This document shows positions 9,254 to 17,798 of a stretch of DNA of 64,000 nucleotides, piece by piece (positions within the stretch are counted from its first letter, which is position 1; every line of letters starts with the position of its first letter). The notes under the pieces are model-generated. The model saw nothing but the letters and a program-made list of their open reading frames with translations, did not search any database and was not told where the DNA came from. A program made the translations under genes and the position numbers. Source of the DNA: an uncultured Pseudomonadota bacterium (GTDB lineage Bacteria > Desulfobacterota > Binatia > Binatales > Binataceae); NCBI GenBank assembly GCA_963759165.1, contig CAVWXK010000001.1, positions 666,260-730,259 on the forward strand, given 5' to 3'.

Positions 9254-9556
9254 CAAGGCCGTCCGTCACTGACGGCCTGCCCGGCTCTTCCTGACCCGCC
9301 GCGCATGGGTCCCAAGGGCGAAGCGCCTTGGTCTGGGTTCCACAGGGGCACGAAGGCCCCTTGGTGGGGTCCATGGGGCAAAGCCCATGGTGCGCGGCTC
9401 CCGCCGCACAGGGTCGCAGGGGCGAAGCTCCCGTCAGGGGTGCAGGGGCAGAAAACCCCTGCTCCTGGGGGATGCAACGGGGGACGAAGTAACCCCCCTT
9501 GCCAAGCCAGAGCGCCGGTTTCCGGCGCTCGGTGTGGGCGGCCTGCGGTCCGCCCG
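9254..9556. repeat. Array of about 8-9 consecutive GC-rich hairpins, many with CGAAG/GAAA-type loops
   Basis: Examples: AGGCCGTC/GACGGCCT (9256-9278), CCAAGG..CCTTGG (9312-9331), CCATGGGGC-AAA-GCCCATGG (9371-9390), GCAGGGG-CAGAAAA-CCCCTGC (9442-9462), GAGCGCCGG-TTT-CCGGCGCTC (9510-9530), GGGCGG..CCGCCC (9536-9555). Confidence 0.7.
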
Positions 9557-9576
9557 CGCATGGCTTGCCACGCACG

Positions 9577-9700
9577 ATAATGGGAATTTTCCCTATTATA
9601 TTTTCAGAATACCACCGAACCGTTGAGAAAGAATTAACGTCGGTGGCGTGGGTATGCTTATGGTGAATTATACTACGATTCGCGGGTAATATGTGAACAA
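9577..9700. promoter_or_regulatory. Candidate oriT / promoter region of the mob operon
   Basis: AT-rich stretch between the T4CP stop and the mob genes. It has imperfect inverted repeats ATAATGGGAA-TTTT-CCCTATTAT (9577-9599) and CCACCGAACCGTT...AACGTCGGTGG (9612-9646). The nick site was not identified. Confidence 0.3.
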
Positions 9701-9733
9701 TTATCGTCACCAACTCAAGAATTGCCGACGGAC

Positions 9734-12574
9734 CTATTCCCCGAGTAATAGCGCCTTCGCCGCATTCAGCTCTTTCGAGAAATAGCTGGAGCCGCCAAGG
9801 TCCGGGTGCACCTTTTGTATCAGCCTGCGATAGGCCGCCAGGATTTCTGTCCGGCTCGCATTGCGTTCAACTTCGAGGATATCTCGCGCCCGCTCCTCGG
9901 TCATAAAGGGCTCGGGCTTTGGTGGTGGCGGCTTGGGTCGCGCCTTTTCCTTTGCCCCTGACCCTCCATTCCCTCCACCCGGTGGCGGCGGTGGCGGTGG
10001 CGGTGGCGCAAAATACGGATTCTCGTCATAGGCGATCGGCGGCTGCCAATACAGGGCCGGGTGTGTTTGCTGCAACGCAACAAAAGCCTTCGTCAGGTTC
10101 CAGTAATCGACCGGCCTGAGGTAATGCGGGTGGCCGTTGGGCTGGATGGCGATGGCTACGTCCTTGCCTAAGTTGAGGACTTCGTCGGGGTTGAGCAGCG
10201 AGCGCCCCGTCTCGCTATGTGTGGTGCTCTGGCTGGAGCTGGAGCTTCCGCCATGCGCGGAGCTGCTGCTGCTGGAAGAACTGGAGGTGCTGGTGGTTTC
10301 GACGGTGGCCTTACCGAGGGTGTCGCTGAGGTATTTCGCGCTTTCGAGGTCATTGACGTTGCAAAACCACTGGTACGCGCAATTGGACAGGATCGTGGCT
10401 TTGGCCTCCGCGTAGTGGTCCTTCAACTGGTCGAGGCCCTGCACGATGAGGGCGAAATCGACCCCGAAGCCGCTCATGGTGGCGATGTCGCGGGGCAGGT
10501 CGTCGAGCCGCCCGAGCGCCGCAAACTCGTCGATGAGAAACAGGCAGCGATGGCCGTATGGCAGTTTCGTCTGCCGGTTTTTGAAGATGTGCATGGCGGC
10601 GGCGATGACCAGACGCAGCCATGTCTTTTGCGTATCCATCCGTTCCGTCGGGATGACGACATAGACGGTCGCTTTCTGCGTCGCGAGGTCCTCCATCGCG
10701 AAAGACGACTTCGCCGTCGCCGCCTTGATCTGGGGGTCGCTCAGGAACTTGGTGCTCTCGCTCAGGTTCGACATGACGCCGCTGTAGGTTTCATCGGCAA
10801 GGTCGATGAACGGCGCGGCCATTTCGCGGATCGCGCCTGAGAAAGCTTCGCTCGCCGCCATGGGGATCAGGTATTTCGCGGTGAAGTCCTTGCGGGTGAG
10901 GCTCACGATCTCCCGCGCGCGTCCCAGCGTCTTTTGCTCGCCCGGCTGGTCGGCGAGCCAGAGAAATACCGCCGTCAGCACGTTCGCCGCACTGCCCTGC
11001 CAGAACCGGTCCTTGGCGTTCGGCGGAGCCGGGCAGATGGCGCCGGCCAGCGTCTGCGCGATCGCCACGACACTCGGGTCGGTTCGAACAAGGATGTCGA
11101 GCGGGTTGTAGGTGGCTTGAATGAAGCCGCGCTTTTCGTAGGTCGCGGCGAGTTCTTTCCACGGGTTGAGGATGTGGATACTCTGCTTGAGCTGCTCCTT
11201 GCGGATGCCGGCGGTGATGGCGGCATTCTCGCCCTTGGGGTCGATCACAAGGGCGGAGCCGCGGTAGCGCAGCAAGGTCGGAATGATCACCCGCGTCCCT
11301 TTGCCGGTTCTGGTGCGGGCGACGATGAGGGTGTGATGTTCCGCGGTCGAGCAGACTGGCGCGCCCTGAGCGCCGAGCGTTGCCGCCGCCCACCCCGGTT
11401 GGCTGCTTTTGCCAAAGAAAAGTCCATTCGCGAGGCACGCGTCGTCCTTGATGTCGGTTTCCATCGCGGCGTAGTGCGCGGTGCCGTAGACGGTGGAGGT
11501 CTCACGGGCCGGCGGGCCACGGCGGCGGGAAAACCAGTAGAACAGAGGGAGCGCCACTATCGCGCTGAAAACGATCACGTCGGTTGCGCTCACCACGGTG
11601 CCTGCGGAAGGTTGTGAAAATTGGCCGGTGTTCGCCGCTGGCGCGGGTTGCCGGCGCGCGGCAGCAACGGCGACACCCCCTTGCCGGTAATCCCGCTCGA
11701 ATTCACTGCCCTTCCCCGCCGCCTGCCATTTCTGCCGCAGGCGCCCAAGGTCCGTGGTCAGGATCATGTCGGTTTCGCGCCAGGTGGGGGCGTCGATATC
11801 CTTTTTGATCGAGTAGCGATTGCTGACTTCAGTGATTTGGGCGAGAAGCTCCACGGCCAGACTAACGTCGCGCTGATAGTCGGCCGGGGACGTGCCGCCC
11901 TGGCCCTTTCCCTGCCCCGCCGGAACTCTGGACACCGGGATGGGCATCGCCGGGTTCGTGGCGATAGCCTGAGACATCTGTTCGAGCTGGTGGTCGAAGC
12001 TGTCGACGTAGCCCTGGCCTTCGGACGCGTACTTGCCGCGAAGCGCCATGATCTCGTCCATGGCCTTCTTGTCCTCGGTTGCGAATTGCTCCGCCGTGAT
12101 CTCGCCGCGGTCGCGGCGCTGCTGGAGCAACAGGCGCCGGCGTTGAGGCTCAAGCGCCGCCCGAACATCCGCCGTGAGGGCGTCGTTGACGGTGCGGTCG
12201 TGTTCAACCTGCTGCTGCCTGAATTGCGCGGCGCGGGCTTGCAGTTGTGGCACAAGGGTCGCGAGGCGGAGTTTAGTCAGGCCCTCGATCTGGCTCTTGG
12301 CCTGCTGCTGCTCGTCCGCAGGGAACTGCGCGAGCTGTCGGTAGAGGGTCTTGAGCTCGGGATCGATTGCCGTGCTGCGGAGATAAAATGTGTGAATGTC
12401 GATCTGCTGATTGTTCCGCAGGAAACGGTTTTCTTCGGTCTGGACGTTGAGTTCGACGATACGCTGGATCGTCGCATCAGGAACTTTGGCGAAGGCTGGC
12501 GCGGCCCACAGGCACAGCATCAGAAGCGGTGCGTACCGCCACAGGCTGGTCAGACTCGCTGGTCGTGTGCTCAT
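9734..12574 (-). CDS. TraG/VirD4-family type IV coupling protein with a long N-terminal exported coiled-coil region and a C-terminal J-domain
   Basis: Signal-like N-terminus, ~330-aa Gln/Arg-rich region, then a TM segment (VIVFSAIVALPLFYWF). T4CP motifs ARTRTGKGTRVIIPTLL, VIDPKGEN and FLIDEFAALGRL follow. After poly-Ser and poly-Pro linkers comes ILAAYRRLIQKVHPDLGG (HPD). Confidence 0.85.
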   Translation of the reverse strand: MSTRPASLTSLWRYAPLLMLCLWAAPAFAKVPDATIQRIVELNVQTEENRFLRNNQQIDIHTFYLRSTAIDPELKTLYRQLAQFPADEQQQAKSQIEGLTKLRLATLVPQLQARAAQFRQQQVEHDRTVNDALTADVRAALEPQRRRLLLQQRRDRGEITAEQFATEDKKAMDEIMALRGKYASEGQGYVDSFDHQLEQMSQAIATNPAMPIPVSRVPAGQGKGQGGTSPADYQRDVSLAVELLAQITEVSNRYSIKKDIDAPTWRETDMILTTDLGRLRQKWQAAGKGSEFERDYRQGGVAVAAARRQPAPAANTGQFSQPSAGTVVSATDVIVFSAIVALPLFYWFSRRRGPPARETSTVYGTAHYAAMETDIKDDACLANGLFFGKSSQPGWAAATLGAQGAPVCSTAEHHTLIVARTRTGKGTRVIIPTLLRYRGSALVIDPKGENAAITAGIRKEQLKQSIHILNPWKELAATYEKRGFIQATYNPLDILVRTDPSVVAIAQTLAGAICPAPPNAKDRFWQGSAANVLTAVFLWLADQPGEQKTLGRAREIVSLTRKDFTAKYLIPMAASEAFSGAIREMAAPFIDLADETYSGVMSNLSESTKFLSDPQIKAATAKSSFAMEDLATQKATVYVVIPTERMDTQKTWLRLVIAAAMHIFKNRQTKLPYGHRCLFLIDEFAALGRLDDLPRDIATMSGFGVDFALIVQGLDQLKDHYAEAKATILSNCAYQWFCNVNDLESAKYLSDTLGKATVETTSTSSSSSSSSSAHGGSSSSSQSTTHSETGRSLLNPDEVLNLGKDVAIAIQPNGHPHYLRPVDYWNLTKAFVALQQTHPALYWQPPIAYDENPYFAPPPPPPPPPGGGNGGSGAKEKARPKPPPPKPEPFMTEERARDILEVERNASRTEILAAYRRLIQKVHPDLGGSSYFSKELNAAKALLLGE

Positions 12575-12974
12575 TTTGGCGAAGGGTCAGCCGGCCCCCG
12601 GTAGCGATCACTGCAAGTCATTCGGGCCGTAGTTCTCGAAATATTATTCCGGTGCTTTCAATCCCAGACCGGGCCTTCTACGAAGTGCGCATAAGCTCCT
12701 TTTATATACAGGCAATGAACAACTTATGTCCATCCGGCGTGCGAATGCACAGTTCAATGCGCGGACGTTAGAACACGTTTTCTTCTTCTGCCGATTCCCC
12801 TCTCACAGGCCTTTCAAAGATCCCGGTTTAGCACGGCCGGCGTGTGAAGCCGCAAGCGCAAGGCTCCTCCTCTTCGTTGTGGTCCTGGCGGATGCGGCTC
12901 ACGCCGTAGCCGAGCTTTCCCTCAAGCAAGAAAGGCCTCGGTAGTCGGGGCCTCAGTTGCAGAGGAGAAAAAAG

Positions 12975-13181
12975 ATGAACTTGATAACACGCATCGAACT
13001 GACAGATCGCACCGACGCCGAACTGGCCGCGTTGTTCGCCCTGATCTCAAGGGAGCTTGCTCAAGCGAAGTATGGATCGCTGGAATGGCACGGTGGAATG
13101 ATATCGCTCGAAAACATCCGTCGCGAACAGGCGAAACGGCAAGTGGTCATACGCCCACGGCCGCGTGGTCCGGGTTTCTGA
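12975..13181 (+). CDS. Hypothetical small protein
   Basis: ATG preceded by GAGGAG. 68 aa with no recognisable motif. Confidence 0.4.
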   Translation: MNLITRIELTDRTDAELAALFALISRELAQAKYGSLEWHGGMISLENIRREQAKRQVVIRPRPRGPGF

Positions 13182-13229
13182 CGCCCGCCGACCACCGCAG
13201 GCGCGTCCTCGCCTGCGGTGGCTCGAGTC

Positions 13230-13541
13230 TCAGAGGAAGGAGAGTTGCCGCGCGGATTGCTCGCGCTCCCGCCAAGCTGGAGAGTCGCTCTCGACGGTGA
13301 GCCACACGTCGACGTAAGCGACGGGTCCGCCGGCGGCGGCGATCGCCGACGCCGCGATGAAGTGCGAGCGGTAGCCAGTTTCGGTGATCGGGAGCGGCGC
13401 GTCCGTTGGATGGATGCACCGCACCTCGATGTGCGCGAGGTCGTCGCCGAGGATGTGATGGGGCAGCCATTGGGGCTCATAAGCGACTTCGAGAAGAGTG
13501 CCGTTCCAGTCGAAGCGGTGGAGTTCGGTGCTGCGGGTCAC
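13230..13541 (-). CDS. Hypothetical protein (103 aa)
   Basis: Its start overlaps the upstream gene's stop by 4 nt. The composition looks like a real protein. Confidence 0.5.
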   Translation of the reverse strand: MTRSTELHRFDWNGTLLEVAYEPQWLPHHILGDDLAHIEVRCIHPTDAPLPITETGYRSHFIAASAIAAAGGPVAYVDVWLTVESDSPAWREREQSARQLSFL

Positions 13542-13777
13542 GACGCGCCTCCTTCCTCTGAAACTTCTTCTTCGTGGTGGCTTTTAGCCCGGTCGAGGCA
13601 GCGCGTGAAATCAATGCCCTGCCGCTGCGCGTAGTGCATCGCGTCCGTGAGAAAGTCGGAGAGGACAAGCTCTGCGTCGTCGTAGAACTCTTCGCCGCCT
13701 TCTTTGCCGATGGCATATTCGAGCAATCCGGTTTCTGCCCACATGGCGCGTTCAGCGTTGGTGATTGGTTTCGTCAT
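13538..13777 (-). CDS. Hypothetical protein (79 aa)
   Basis: 4-nt overlaps with both neighbouring genes point to an operon. Confidence 0.5.
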   Translation of the reverse strand: MTKPITNAERAMWAETGLLEYAIGKEGGEEFYDDAELVLSDFLTDAMHYAQRQGIDFTRCLDRAKSHHEEEVSEEGGAS

Positions 13778-13989
13778 GACGCACCTTCCATCGGCGCGAG
13801 TTCATCCAGAATGGCGCTTCGGATCACGCGGGCCTTTGCGAGGACTTCACACGTCGAGTCGAACATCTCCTCTGGTGGGAAGCAGCGAAGCTCCGGCACG
13901 GCGAGCAGTTCCCCGAGGACTTCGATCAGGTCGTCGATGTGGCGTTCGGCGAGAGTTTTCTTCGCCCGTGGCTGTAATTGGTAGTGCAT
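13774..13989 (-). CDS. Hypothetical protein (71 aa)
   Basis: First gene of the three overlapping small ORFs. Confidence 0.45.
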   Translation of the reverse strand: MHYQLQPRAKKTLAERHIDDLIEVLGELLAVPELRCFPPEEMFDSTCEVLAKARVIRSAILDELAPMEGAS

Positions 13990-14020
13990 GTTGAACCTCC
14001 TGTTGCAGGAAGAAGAGCGC

Positions 14021-14254
14021 TTACGCGCCCTCCCCCGTGGTTGCTGGTTGTGCCGGTTGACCTGCGGGCTTCGCCTTGGGCGGAAAAGCCGAGTAGCGCT
14101 TGCCGTTGATGATGACGTTGAAACCGTTGCCCTTGCTGTGGGCGAAGGCGGCGCCGACGCGTTTGTTTTCCTTCTTGCCGCCGCTCTCGACGGTGTCGAA
14201 GATGTAGAAGGCCGGTAACTGTTTCTCTTTGGTAGTTTCGGTTTGTGTTGTCAT
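14021..14254 (-). CDS. Hypothetical protein (77 aa)
   Basis: The ATG at 14254 is preceded by a perfect AAGGAG. The C-terminus is Pro/Ala-rich. Confidence 0.5.
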   Translation of the reverse strand: MTTQTETTKEKQLPAFYIFDTVESGGKKENKRVGAAFAHSKGNGFNVIINGKRYSAFPPKAKPAGQPAQPATTGEGA

Positions 14255-14577
14255 AGCTGTTTCTCCTTTTTCGTGTTTGAACAAATCCCCTTCGGGATGA
14301 GTCCCGTCGCTATGCGCCAGGGCGCGGCGTCAACAGGAAAATTGGGGGGAACCGCTCGCGGGGGAACCGATTCTTCCTGTTTACGCGGGAAGCACCCGCG
14401 CATGGCAGGGCTCAGACGATGCCCAAGGGGTTTGCAAATACGGCTTGAGGAGAAAGGCTGACAACACCGGAACAGCGACCATGAAACAGGCTGATGCGCT
14501 GAAGAACTCGACTTGTTGATCGACGGAAAGAAAGCGGATGTCGCCTGGCGGTGCGCCGCGCGGTAACTGTTTATCAA

Positions 14578-15900
14578 CTTTTGACGGCTATAGGCTGGTT
14601 AGCTTCGGGAGCTACGGACATAACGGACGCAAGTGAGGGATCGGACAGGGAGTCGTGAGTCTGGCGTGCACTCAGTCCGCTTCAGATACTGTAATGCGGT
14701 GCTTGTAAACACCGCTGCGTATAGACCGTGAGATGAGGCTGTAAAAGAAGCCGTTCCCAGTGTAGAAGCAGCCATCTACAACAACCCCAACGACGGAGAA
14801 CGGCTATGAAGTATTACTGCGGTTTAGATATATCCCTGAATAACACGGCCATATGTGTTGTCAATCAGGATGGTGATGTGATTCGGGAAAGTGAGGTGCC
14901 CACGGAGCCTGTAGCTATCAGTCAGTACCTGAAGGCGACAGGGCTTTCCATGGAACGTGTCGGCCTGGAAGCTGGCGGCCTGACACCCTGGCTATGTCAC
15001 GAATTGCTCGCGGCCGACTGGCCGGCGATCTGCATCGAAACCCGGCACGCGAAAGCAGCCATGCAGGCTCAGCAGGTGAAGACAGACCGCAATGATGCCC
15101 GCGGCCTGGCGCATATCATGCGCACCGGCTGGTTCAAGGAAGTTCATGTCAAGAGTCATGTGAGCCAAAAGCTCCGGGTGCTGCTCGGCAACCGGCGCTG
15201 CCTGCTCGACAAACGGCTGGATATTGACAGCCAGATCCGCGGGACCCTGAAAGTCTTCGGACTCAAAACCGGCAAGGTCACGCGCGGAAAGTACGAACAG
15301 CGCATTCGAGAACTGGTCCAGGACGATCCCGAGCTACAGGCCTACATCTTCCCGATGCTGGAGGTTCGCCACCATCTTGTCCAACAATGCAACGTCCTGG
15401 AGAAGATGATTCTGGATTGCGTAAAGAAAGACGAGATCTGCGGACTGTTCATGACGATACCTGGCGTAGGGCCGCTAACCGCCCTCGCGTTCAAGACGTT
15501 CGTTGACCGGCCAGAACGGTTCCGACATTCGAAGGCTGTCGGTGCCGCCGTGGGGCTGACGCCGCGCAAGTACGCTTCCGGCGAGGTCGACTACGACGGC
15601 CACATCACGAAGTGCGGCGACGTCTTCCTGCGATCACATCTCTTCGAGGCAGCAAAGGTGATGTTGGGCAGAGGAAAGCCAAACCCGCTGAAGGCCTGGG
15701 GCCTTCGCGTTGCCAAGCGCAGCTCGAAGAAGAAGGCCTGCGTCGCGGTCGCGCGCAGGCTGGCGGTCATCATGCACGCGATGTGGCGTGACGGCACGGT
15801 ATTCGAGATGAACGAAGAAGCCGCCGTCGCAACGGCGGTGTGACCTCAGATACAGAGCAAACAGGAACAAGGAGTCAGATATTCTTCGCCGCAAGGCGTG
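14578..15900 (+). mobile_element. IS110-family insertion sequence (ends not resolved)
   Basis: Contains the IS110-type transposase plus ~225 bp of 5' non-coding sequence. IS110 elements lack classical terminal IRs, so the limits are approximate. Confidence 0.5.
14806..15843 (+). CDS. IS110-family transposase/recombinase (DEDD N-domain + C-terminal transposase_20-like domain)
   Basis: MKYYCGLDISLNNTAICVV... (DEDD-type start), ...DRNDARGLAHIMR..., ...IPGVGPLTALAFKT... Confidence 0.9.
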   Translation: MKYYCGLDISLNNTAICVVNQDGDVIRESEVPTEPVAISQYLKATGLSMERVGLEAGGLTPWLCHELLAADWPAICIETRHAKAAMQAQQVKTDRNDARGLAHIMRTGWFKEVHVKSHVSQKLRVLLGNRRCLLDKRLDIDSQIRGTLKVFGLKTGKVTRGKYEQRIRELVQDDPELQAYIFPMLEVRHHLVQQCNVLEKMILDCVKKDEICGLFMTIPGVGPLTALAFKTFVDRPERFRHSKAVGAAVGLTPRKYASGEVDYDGHITKCGDVFLRSHLFEAAKVMLGRGKPNPLKAWGLRVAKRSSKKKACVAVARRLAVIMHAMWRDGTVFEMNEEAAVATAV

Positions 15901-16439
15901 GCCGTCCGGCAGGACGGGAAGAGATAGAGGTGAGAACGTGCACGCCGCCGTGGAAGATACTTCAGATTAAGTTTCTGACCACGCGCTTCAGATGGTTCCG
16001 CCCCGCTCTTCGAATGGACAGTCACTTGGGGCGTCGCCTGAAACAGGCACATTGTGCTGGCGCTGACCCCGGAAAGAAGCGTGATCCCTGCCCAAGGCCA
16101 CCTCAGAAGGATATCTTGAGACAGGAAGGAAGAAGCTATGATCTGACCATCTGCAATCATTTAAGGCTTTCGCGCCGGCAATGGTGCGAAAGGCGTCCAG
16201 GCAGGACGCACGAAAAGGCATGAGACCGCTGGAACGACAGCAGGACGACTCCCGATCGTCACTGCGCTTTATAGATAGGTCCATTGCTCCTAACTGCAAA
16301 TTGCCGAGGACAGAAAGGCCAGCAAAAAACCTTGACTGGTACCGCATTAAAGAAGCGGCGTGCGCTGCCGGGGATCTGCCGGCCGTAGGTGCCGCAGCGT
16401 CGAGCTCGACGCTTGAGCGGCAGGCCGGCAAGTCCGGTG

Positions 16440-17798
16440 TCACTTCTTCGTTGGAGGTTTCGCGGGTGTGGCTCCTGCTGCGCCAGCGTTCACGCTGTCG
16501 GCTGTTTCGCCTGAGCCATCCGCGATAGGCTGCCATCCCGGTATGCCCTGCAGAATGCGCTCGGCATTCTTTGCAGGCGTGATGTGGCCGTAGTAGTCCT
16601 CGATCATCTTGACCGATGTTCCCATTTGTTTCGCAAGGAAGTACACGTCCACGCCTTCCATCAGCCGGAAGGTCGCGTAGGTGTGACGGAGGCAATAGCC
16701 GCTGCGGCGCGTGCCGGATACGCCATAGAGCAGGCCGGATTTCGTCAGCAGATCGGCGATGAGCGTGTCATAAAGACTTTTGGCTGTCTTTCCTTCGGCA
16801 GTCGTGAATACAGGGTCGTCGGATTTTGTCGCTTTTGACATTGCCTTGATGCGGTCGAGATAAGTGGCGACGTTGTTGGCTGCAATCAACTCCCGGTACT
16901 TGCCCTTGCCCCTGACGTTCAGGGTCACAAACGGGCGGCCATCGCGGGTCGTTCGCACGTCGATGTCGCGCCATCTGAGGCTCCGGGCCTCTCCCGTCCG
17001 CATACCGGTATTGGCCATGATGAGCATGAAGTTGTAGGCCATGGTCCTGTACCAGATATTGATTTCTCTGTCGCCTTTTCCTATCCAGTCGCGGGCGAAG
17101 GTATGCAGCTGGCGGTATTCCTGCGGCGTGAATTCATCACGCCGATTCTTGTCCTCGGGCATGCGGCCCTTCGGCACCTGGCTCTCTTTTATATAATGCT
17201 TGCCCGCGGCGAAGTTCATGATGGCCCGGAAGGTCATCATTTCCTGGCGGATCGTGCCGCTCTTTGCGGGCCCGTTCTTCTTCTTTTGTTCGGCGTCCTC
17301 CTTCGCATCCGGCAAAGCGCCGGGCTTCGGCTTCTTGCGGAAGACGCGCTTCTGCGGCTTTCTTAGTGCGTTATTCTCTTTGCGCCAGAAGGGGTATTCC
17401 GTCCATTTGTCCTCGGTGATGGAAGTTATCTGCATATTGCCCATGTAGGGGATGAGGTGCAGGCGGATATGTCCGTCCACGGTCTTCCAGCGATGCAGGG
17501 TGACCTGGCCGATATCCGCGACACGTTTCTGGAAACATGAGTATTCCTTTGCTACGTCAGCAAAGGACTTGTCGAACACCGGAACCTGATGCCGTACCCG
17601 GAATCGGATATCTGAATCGTGGTCAAAAGCCTTTTCTTTAGCTTCGTTGATATCGGATGTCTTCAGGGAGATCGTTTTATACTGGCTGGTGCTTGGCACC
17701 TTGACGCGGCAGTACCAATTCTTGTGCCGCACATCGGCCCTGCGGAAGATGATGAGGCCTTTCTTGAGTTCCTGAACGTCGGTGAGGAAATGTTCCAA
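16440..17798 (-). CDS. Tyrosine recombinase / integrase (Int1)
   Basis: ANTGMRTGEARSLRWRDI (catalytic Arg box) and CLRHTYATFRLMEGVDVYFLAKQMGTSVKMIEDYYGH (H-x-x-R ... Y). TTG start. Confidence 0.9.
   Translation of the reverse strand: MEHFLTDVQELKKGLIIFRRADVRHKNWYCRVKVPSTSQYKTISLKTSDINEAKEKAFDHDSDIRFRVRHQVPVFDKSFADVAKEYSCFQKRVADIGQVTLHRWKTVDGHIRLHLIPYMGNMQITSITEDKWTEYPFWRKENNALRKPQKRVFRKKPKPGALPDAKEDAEQKKKNGPAKSGTIRQEMMTFRAIMNFAAGKHYIKESQVPKGRMPEDKNRRDEFTPQEYRQLHTFARDWIGKGDREINIWYRTMAYNFMLIMANTGMRTGEARSLRWRDIDVRTTRDGRPFVTLNVRGKGKYRELIAANNVATYLDRIKAMSKATKSDDPVFTTAEGKTAKSLYDTLIADLLTKSGLLYGVSGTRRSGYCLRHTYATFRLMEGVDVYFLAKQMGTSVKMIEDYYGHITPAKNAERILQGIPGWQPIADGSGETADSVNAGAAGATPAKPPTKK

Noticed and set aside
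7785-9272. 495-aa ORF on the + strand.
   Set aside because: It runs exactly antisense to the relaxase and mobC genes. Its composition is low-complexity (Leu/Gly/Ala/Arg) with no motifs. This is a typical high-GC shadow ORF.
9254-9556. Possible CRISPR array, because of the regularly spaced palindromic units.
   Set aside because: The units are degenerate and abut each other without unique spacers of constant length. No cas genes are present.
15988-16695. 235-aa minus-strand ORF.
   Set aside because: It overlaps the 3' end of Int1 in another frame. It is Arg-rich with no motifs.
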